From Candidatus Latescibacterota bacterium (GTDB lineage Bacteria; Latescibacterota; UBA2968): 64,000 bases of DNA. The notes beneath the pieces are model-generated. The model worked only from the letters and a program-made list of their open reading frames with translations. It had not been told where the DNA came from and did not search any database. The position numbers and the translations under genes are program-made. The stretch is taken from positions 2,144,001 to 2,208,000 of the forward strand of contig OZ242311.1 in NCBI GenBank assembly GCA_965207885.1. Reading direction: 5' to 3'. Positions 57,656-64,000 of the stretch are shown one piece after another; position 1 is the first letter of the stretch; each line of letters starts with the position of its first letter.

Positions 57656-59959
57656 ATGGTCGAAGGAGTGTTTCTTTTGCGATTAGAACGCTACACCGCT
57701 GTCATTTTGCGCTATCGATGGTTGGTCGTTGCGCTCGCAACGCTGGTCATGCTGGCATTGACGGCAGGTGTTCGCTTCATTACTGTCACGAACGATTACC
57801 GCATTCTGTTTGGTGAAGACAATCCGCAACTCCTCGCTTTCGACGCTCTGGAGAACACGTATTCGGCCTCCAATACGGCACTGATTGCCATTGCGCCCCG
57901 AGATGGCTCGGTGTTCACCCGCGAGGCGCTTGGCGCGGTTGAAGAATTGACCGAAGCCGCGTGGCGTGCGCCTTATTCCAGTCGCGTCAATTCCCTTACC
58001 AATTATACCCATAGCGAAGCACTCGATGACGATTTGGTGGTCGCTCCGCTCGTTGACGATGCATCTTCTCTGAGCGATGCCGATGTGGTACGTATCGAGA
58101 AGATCGCGTTGGACGCAATCGAAATTGCCGGGCGTCTGGTGTCTCATGATAGGCGTACGGCCGGGGTGGCTATTAATTTTATCCTGCCCGAAAATCACGA
58201 TCAGGCAGTAATCGAAATTACCGATTATCTCAATTCGGTCCTGAGTCAAGCCCGCACGAGCCATCCGAATATCGATTATTACATGACCGGCGATGTCGTC
58301 ATGCATCAGACTTTTGCCGATGTAACGAAGAGCGACATGGAGACTCTGACACCTATTGTATTTCTCATCATTGTAGGTGCCACAATTATTCTCTTGCGTT
58401 CGATTCTCTGCACTTTGGCCATTGTCGCCGTGATCGTGTTTGTCATCAATACGACTATGGGATTCGCCGGCTGGAATGGCGTGGTGTTCAGCCCCACCAA
58501 TGCCGGCGTGCCGATTATTGTCATGGTGATCGCCATCGCGGATTCGATCCATGTTGTCACGAGTGTTTTATTGGGTATGAGGCGCGGCCTGGACAGAAAT
58601 GCGGCGATTGTCGAATCGATCCGCATCAATGCCTATCCGATATTTATTACCTCGGTCACGACGGCGATTGGATTCCTCAGCCTGAATGCCTCAGATTCAC
58701 CGCCTTTTCACATTTTGGGCAATTACGTGGCATTTGGCGTCTTGTGCGCGCTTGTGTACACTATGACGCTATTGCCGGCATTGCTTTCGATTCTGCCATT
58801 GCGCGCGTCTCTTGTGCAATCTCAGAGGACGGCCTTTTTCGACCGCTTTGCTGACTTTGTCATCGCTCGGCGCAATTTTTTGCTCTGGTTCGTCACTGCG
58901 GTTGTCGTCGTTTTGATACTCGGTGTCTCCCGCATTGAGTTGAGCGATAATATGGCGCAGTATTTTGATGATCGCTACGAGTTCCGGCGCGATACGGATT
59001 ATATTATTGATAATCTGACTGGTCTGGATAAGCTGGAATATTCGCTGAGTGCAGGGCGCGAAGGTGGTATTACTGATCCGGAGTATCTGCGCCAGGTCGA
59101 TGCTTTTGCCGAGTGGTACCGGGCGCAACCCGAAGTGACCCATGTCCAGGCATTTTCGGATATTATGAAACGTCTCAATAAAAATATGCACGGCGACGAT
59201 CCAGCTTTTTATCGCTTGCCCAAAGACCCGGACCTCGCGGCGCAGTACCTGTTGCTCTACGAGTTTTCGCTTCCGTTCGGTAGCGATCTCAACGACCGCA
59301 TAGATGTCGCCAAATCCGCTACGCGTCTGAGTGTCGTGACCAGGAATGCGTGGTCTCGAGATTTGCGTGAACTCGATAAGCGTGCGCAGGTGTGGCTCCA
59401 GGCCAATGCACCCGCTTTTGCACACGAAGCATCGGGTCTGAGCATTGTTTTTGCCCACCTTTCCCTGCGAAATATCAATAGTATGTTGCGCGGTACGATC
59501 ACTGCGATGGCACTCATTTCATTCATCCTGATCTGGATTTTCAAAAGTGTTCGGGTGGGTCTCCTCAGCTTGTTGCCCAATTTTATCCCCGCGATTATGA
59601 GTTTTGGCCTGTGGGGCTATCTCGTCGGCCATGTGGGGATTGCCTCTTCGGTGGTGATCGCCGTTGTTTTTGGAATTGTTGTGGATGATACGATTCATTT
59701 TCTGAGCAAATATCTGAAGGCCCGGCGCGATGGCCTTCCCGCACCCGAAGCTGTGCGCTATACCTTTAACACGGTGGGCCATGCATTATGGACGACGACC
59801 GCAGTGTTGTCAGTGGGCTTTCTGGTGTTCGCCACATCGGGATTTGAGGTGAGTTGGGCACTCGGTCTTTTGGTCACGGTTACGATTGTCTTTGCGCTTG
59901 TTGCCGACTTTCTACTTTTGCCAACTCTGCTGATTGCTATTGACCGGAGAAATTCATGA
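57656..59959 (+). CDS. MMPL / RND-superfamily transporter
   Basis: Two membrane blocks with IAIADSIH and GIVVDDTIH; TS.TTAIGF. Exact start uncertain. Confidence 0.9.
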   Translation: MVEGVFLLRLERYTAVILRYRWLVVALATLVMLALTAGVRFITVTNDYRILFGEDNPQLLAFDALENTYSASNTALIAIAPRDGSVFTREALGAVEELTEAAWRAPYSSRVNSLTNYTHSEALDDDLVVAPLVDDASSLSDADVVRIEKIALDAIEIAGRLVSHDRRTAGVAINFILPENHDQAVIEITDYLNSVLSQARTSHPNIDYYMTGDVVMHQTFADVTKSDMETLTPIVFLIIVGATIILLRSILCTLAIVAVIVFVINTTMGFAGWNGVVFSPTNAGVPIIVMVIAIADSIHVVTSVLLGMRRGLDRNAAIVESIRINAYPIFITSVTTAIGFLSLNASDSPPFHILGNYVAFGVLCALVYTMTLLPALLSILPLRASLVQSQRTAFFDRFADFVIARRNFLLWFVTAVVVVLILGVSRIELSDNMAQYFDDRYEFRRDTDYIIDNLTGLDKLEYSLSAGREGGITDPEYLRQVDAFAEWYRAQPEVTHVQAFSDIMKRLNKNMHGDDPAFYRLPKDPDLAAQYLLLYEFSLPFGSDLNDRIDVAKSATRLSVVTRNAWSRDLRELDKRAQVWLQANAPAFAHEASGLSIVFAHLSLRNINSMLRGTITAMALISFILIWIFKSVRVGLLSLLPNFIPAIMSFGLWGYLVGHVGIASSVVIAVVFGIVVDDTIHFLSKYLKARRDGLPAPEAVRYTFNTVGHALWTTTAVLSVGFLVFATSGFEVSWALGLLVTVTIVFALVADFLLLPTLLIAIDRRNS

Positions 59960-60765
59960 TACCAATACGACCAATACACCTATTTTTCGCGCTTTGTCCA
60001 ATTCTTTTGATTTATCTCGGTGTGCCAATACCCGCTCGTTCCGAAAGTGCAGAGGAAACCGGGTTGAAAATCGCTCAAGATTCCCAGGATCGCGAGAAGG
60101 GTTTTGGTAATTTTACGGCTCAGCAAACCATGGTGTTGCGCAACAAACACGGGCAAGAGAGCCGGCGCCAACTCCGGGTAAAGGTTCTCGAAGTCTCCGA
60201 AGATGGCGACAAAAGTCTGTTTGTGTTCGATGAACCGCGCGATGTCAAGGGAACGGCGTTGCTTATTCACGCTCATCGGGAAAGCGCGGACGACCAATGG
60301 CTTTATTTGCCCGCTCTGAAACGCGTCAAACGCATTAGTTCGTCCAACCAGTCCGGCTCTTTTATGGGGAGTGAATTTGCTTATGAGGACCTGACCCCTC
60401 AGGCTGTGGAGAAATTTACCTATCGTTACCTGCGCGACGAGGCATATGGCGATTTGACATGCACGGTTACAGAACGCTTTCCCGTGGATAAGAAATCGGG
60501 CTACAGCCGGCAGGTGGTCTGGCGCGATAAGGATGAGTTGCGCGTCTGGAAAGTAGAGTATTACGACCGCAAGGATGCCCATCTGAAGACACTCACTCTG
60601 GGGAATTATGCGCAGTATCTGGAGCGTTATTGGCGTGCTGGTGAGATGACGATGGTCAATCATTTAACCGGGAAAAGTACCGTTCTGACCTGGACGGATT
60701 TTGAGTTTCAGGCTGATCTCAACGATCGCGATTTCACACAAACTGGGCTGAAACGGGTGCGTTGA
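59956..60765 (+). CDS. Outer-membrane lipoprotein-sorting (LolA-like) periplasmic protein
   Basis: F..P.DVKGTA.L, DDQWLYLPALKRVKRI, SFMGSEF.YED; ATGA overlap with the MMPL gene. Confidence 0.88.
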   Translation: MIPIRPIHLFFALCPILLIYLGVPIPARSESAEETGLKIAQDSQDREKGFGNFTAQQTMVLRNKHGQESRRQLRVKVLEVSEDGDKSLFVFDEPRDVKGTALLIHAHRESADDQWLYLPALKRVKRISSSNQSGSFMGSEFAYEDLTPQAVEKFTYRYLRDEAYGDLTCTVTERFPVDKKSGYSRQVVWRDKDELRVWKVEYYDRKDAHLKTLTLGNYAQYLERYWRAGEMTMVNHLTGKSTVLTWTDFEFQADLNDRDFTQTGLKRVR

Positions 60766-62033
60766 TGTTACGTCGTACCGCTCTTCATATTTTACCTTTC
60801 GGCGCTGTCTGGATTTTGGTTCTGGTCTTTGCTGTTGGCGCACATGCCGAAATTGGGATTGACCGCGATTTTTCCGGGCGCGTGAATGTCGAAAGCCGAT
60901 GGTTTCCCCGGGCCGGTGCTTTTTCCGGTCAGGGGGCACAGGCCATCGGTTTTGTTGTAGTACCCAACCTCTATCTCGCAGACGCTGAGGGTAGGAGTTT
61001 CACGCTATCGCCATTTTTTCGCTATGACAACGCGGATCCACGCCGCACCCATGCCGATCTGCGAGAAGCCTATTTTCTGGTATTCGGCGAGATCGGCGAT
61101 GGCGAATGGGAGTTGCGCGTGGGTATTGATCAGGTCTTCTGGGGCGTTACGGAATCGCAACATCTGGTCGATGTTGTCAATCAGATCGATCTGGTGGAAC
61201 ATCCAAATGGAGAGGCTAAGCTGGGGCAGCCGATGGTCAATATTACCTGGTCCAGCGATTGGGGAGTAGTGGAATTTTTTGTTTTGCCGTATCACAGGGT
61301 GCGCACGTTTCCGGGCGAATCCGGCCGCCTGCGCCTTCCGCTCGTGGTGGAAGATGAACGCGTCGAGTATGAGAGCGAGGGGGAGGAGTGGCATCTGGAT
61401 TTTGCCGCGCGGTACAGTCAGAGTTTTGGCACTTTCGATGTTGGCCTGAGTGTGTTCAACGGCACCAGCCGGGAGCCTTTTTTGATGCCGGGCGTGAGTA
61501 GTAATGGAGCACCGGTATTGGTACAGCACTACGATCAGATTCGTCAGTTTGGACTGGATGCGCAACTCACTGTCGGATCCTGGTTGTTTAAGTTCGAGGC
61601 TATTCAGCGCGCGGGTGCTCGAAATTTGCTGGGTATGGAAGAGGATTATGTGGCTTCCGTTTTTGGGGGAGAATACACGTTTTATTCCGTATTTGGTTCG
61701 GCCTTTGATGTCAGTTTGCTCGGCGAATGGAATTACGATGGGCGGGGGCGTAATGCGACTCCGAGTCGCTCGCCCAATACGCTCGAAAACGACTTCTTTT
61801 TTGCTACGCGCCTTGCATTCAACGATGTTCAGAGTACTGAAATTGTCGCGAGTTTTTTGGGGGATGCGGGTCGTTCTACACGCGCACTATCTGTCGAATT
61901 GGACCGGCGCATCTCTGATCAGTTGTCTCTGAATATAGAGGCGATTCATCTTCTCTCTATTGACAAAGCAGATATCCACTACGATACGCGCCGCGATAGT
62001 TTTATTGATGTGAGTCTGATGTACAATTTTTAG
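60765..62033 (+). CDS. Outer-membrane beta-barrel protein
   Basis: Signal peptide; DLREAY, G..QVFWGV.E...LVD..NQ.D; C-terminal YNF; TGATG coupling. Confidence 0.75.
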   Translation: MLRRTALHILPFGAVWILVLVFAVGAHAEIGIDRDFSGRVNVESRWFPRAGAFSGQGAQAIGFVVVPNLYLADAEGRSFTLSPFFRYDNADPRRTHADLREAYFLVFGEIGDGEWELRVGIDQVFWGVTESQHLVDVVNQIDLVEHPNGEAKLGQPMVNITWSSDWGVVEFFVLPYHRVRTFPGESGRLRLPLVVEDERVEYESEGEEWHLDFAARYSQSFGTFDVGLSVFNGTSREPFLMPGVSSNGAPVLVQHYDQIRQFGLDAQLTVGSWLFKFEAIQRAGARNLLGMEEDYVASVFGGEYTFYSVFGSAFDVSLLGEWNYDGRGRNATPSRSPNTLENDFFFATRLAFNDVQSTEIVASFLGDAGRSTRALSVELDRRISDQLSLNIEAIHLLSIDKADIHYDTRRDSFIDVSLMYNF

Positions 62034-62056
62034 TTGCTGCACAATCTCTAATTAAA

Positions 62057-62095
62057 AAACAACCCCCGCCCGGAATGACCTGGCGGGGGTTGTTT
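62057..62095. terminator. Bidirectional intrinsic terminator
   Basis: AAACAACCCCCGCC..GGCGGGGGTTGTTT. Confidence 0.85.
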
Positions 62096-62113
62096 GGTTG
62101 TATGAAGAAGCGA

Positions 62114-63433
62114 TTACATTACGCCAGGTTCCATACCCGGTTCGCCCGCGTGGTATGACGCCAGGCACCAGGGGTCTCGGGTTTCTTTGCGGAAGGTGCG
62201 AATTTTTTGTCGCATGACTTCGGCGATGTCCTGAACTGCGGGATCGTCGATGATGTTGGTGGATTCCATGGGGTCGTTTTCAATGTCGAAGAGGGCTTCG
62301 GCATCCTGGTGTAGAAATTTTTCCGTGCGGCGTTTGCCCATTTCCAGATTTTCTCTGCGAATGGCCTGCCAGGTTGGTGATGCCCACAGGTCACTGGGCA
62401 AAGGGGTGGTGATTTCGGGATAGAGATTGCGCACGTATTTGTATTTGCGTCCGCGCAGAACGCGGTAGGGATAGTAGTTGGTGACTTCGTGGAAGGTGTG
62501 GGAAAAGAAGGTTTCGTCAAATCCCTCGGGATGTGTTTCGTCGAGGATGGGGACGAGGGATTTTTCGGGCAAACCTTCAGGGGGTTCAACGCCGCACCAT
62601 TCATAGACGGTCGGGGCGATGTTGTTCCAGTTGACGAGGGCGTCGCTGACAACGGCTTCGGCATCTGGACGCGCAATGATGAGCGGGCAGTGATGGCCCG
62701 TGTCAAAAGAAGAGGCTTTGCCGCCGGGAAAGGGCATGCCGTGGTCGCTCATGACAATGATCATGGTGTCATCGGCTCGGCCAGCGTCCTGGAGTGCCTG
62801 CACGGCCATGCCAATGCCGGCGTCGAGGCGAGAGACGGATTGGTAGTATTCGGCAAATTCCCGTCGGACATCTGGATGATCGGGCAGAAAATCGGGGACG
62901 ATGACTTCTTCGGATGAATACATGACTTCGGGGACGCCGGGATAGGTTTGTTTGTTGCCAAAGTCCCGATGGGGGTCGGAATAACCGACGTGCAGATAGA
63001 ATGGCTGATCGCTATCAATGGTTTCAAAGAATTTTGCGATGTTGTCTGCAATACCGCGCACATTGCGCCCTCCGCCAGCTTCGTAGTTCCAGGGATAGAC
63101 AGATTCGGGTTGTACATGGAGTTTGCCGACAACGCCGGTTGTGAATCCGGCGGATTGCAGTGTTTTGGGAATTGACGGCATGTTGAGTTGCGTGTGGAAG
63201 TTGTGGATGCTGTGCGAGTGGCCGTATTGTCCGTGTGTGTGGCTGTAGTGCCCAGTGAGCAGGTTGGCGCGGCTGGCCGCGCACGATGGGGTGGTGCAAA
63301 AGGCGTGCTTAAATAAGGTGCCTCGCGCGGCAAGTGCATCTACGCTGGGCATTTTGATGACGTCATTGCCATAACATCCGGCAATGGGGCTCCAATCGTC
63401 GGCAATGAGTAAGAGGACGTTGCGGTAGGACAT
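62114..63433 (-). CDS. S1 sulfatase (N-sulfoglucosamine sulfohydrolase-like)
   Basis: IADD, CAASR, GK.HV, DPHR, SDHGMPFP..K, HTFHEV..YYP.R. Confidence 0.9.
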   Translation of the reverse strand: MSYRNVLLLIADDWSPIAGCYGNDVIKMPSVDALAARGTLFKHAFCTTPSCAASRANLLTGHYSHTHGQYGHSHSIHNFHTQLNMPSIPKTLQSAGFTTGVVGKLHVQPESVYPWNYEAGGGRNVRGIADNIAKFFETIDSDQPFYLHVGYSDPHRDFGNKQTYPGVPEVMYSSEEVIVPDFLPDHPDVRREFAEYYQSVSRLDAGIGMAVQALQDAGRADDTMIIVMSDHGMPFPGGKASSFDTGHHCPLIIARPDAEAVVSDALVNWNNIAPTVYEWCGVEPPEGLPEKSLVPILDETHPEGFDETFFSHTFHEVTNYYPYRVLRGRKYKYVRNLYPEITTPLPSDLWASPTWQAIRRENLEMGKRRTEKFLHQDAEALFDIENDPMESTNIIDDPAVQDIAEVMRQKIRTFRKETRDPWCLASYHAGEPGMEPGVM

Positions 63434-63509
63434 AATATCTCCTTGTTGTGATTGCACCCTTTGGGCGCTTCAATGCGGGTGGTTATGTGGTTTTCCATTC
63501 GGTTTAATA

Positions 63510-63998
63510 TCATACTTTGTCTAACCAGATCGGGCTGGTCCACGCCCGGTGGCCATCGTGCTGGTAGATGCGAAGGTAGCAGTAGTGAACACCTGAGGGT
63601 GAAAAGGTGAGATGGACGGTATCTCCCAGGATAATGTGCTGTTTTTTGGGTGTAAAGGTTTGGGATATGTCCCCGTTGACCATCAATTCGATGCGGTCTA
63701 TGTCTGCTGTGCCCAGAACTTCAGCGGTAAATTCGTAGCGATGTGCCCTGACAGTGCTGCCCATGGGATGGGAATTGATCTGAAAATCGATATAGATCCG
63801 GGCGCCAGTGGTGGCGTAGCACCGGCGCTTTGAGAATGCATCGAAGATGGTGGGGCGGTCAAGCCGTTCCGCCCACAGGCCGGTAAGTCCCGCGGGTTTG
63901 CCAGGTCCCGGTTCCGGATAAGGGTTTGCCGGACGGGAGTCGTGGGTGTCGCTGCCGCTGACAATACCGAGTTTGAGACCCTGAAACTGGATGGCCCG
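63510..63998 (-). CDS. DUF3604/PHP-like metallohydrolase, C-terminal part (runs off the window)
   Basis: Open frame from the edge: LGIVSGSDTH..GLTGLWA..L.R..IFDA...RRCYATTG.RI..YLR..Q.DG..AWTSPIW. Confidence 0.8.
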   Translation of the reverse strand, partial: RAIQFQGLKLGIVSGSDTHDSRPANPYPEPGPGKPAGLTGLWAERLDRPTIFDAFSKRRCYATTGARIYIDFQINSHPMGSTVRAHRYEFTAEVLGTADIDRIELMVNGDISQTFTPKKQHIILGDTVHLTFSPSGVHYCYLRIYQHDGHRAWTSPIWLDKV

Positions 63999-64000
63999 GT

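Noticed and set aside
1-64000. tRNA (including tRNA-Sec), rRNA, integrase or prophage genes
   Set aside because: None recognised by eye; a covariance-model scan is needed to exclude atypical RNAs.

Overview
Bacterial chromosomal window, gene-dense, with no rRNA, tRNA or CRISPR array detected. The content (secreted NHL/FG-GAP and WD40 repeat proteins with dockerin-like tails, orphan MacB-type permeases, sulfatases, PhyH/TauD dioxygenases, tandem paralogs) resembles sponge-associated Latescibacterota/Gemmatimonadota/Poribacteria-type symbionts; this is inference only. Main signals not captured by the ORF track: (1) a peroxiredoxin-like gene at 55683-56276 with an in-frame TGA at the catalytic Cys position, followed by a SECIS-like hairpin (candidate UxxS selenoprotein); (2) a mosaic 21.4-34.1 kb region with two ~93%-identical hicB-hicA modules bracketing a 5-gene catabolic cassette, an IS3 remnant, a Bpu10I-family R-M system and a chimeric junction joining the 3' end of a DHDPS-family gene to the 3' end of cinA at a 9-bp microhomology; (3) an internally deleted IS200/IS605 tnpB element flanked by hairpin-rich non-coding DNA; (4) a secreted WD40 protein whose near-identical repeats vary mainly at a few positions; (5) a consensus sigma54 promoter with upstream activator-like palindromes; (6) an MpaB-like oxygenase linked to an MMPL/LolA-like/beta-barrel triad. 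All family calls come from motif recognition by eye; no database search was run.
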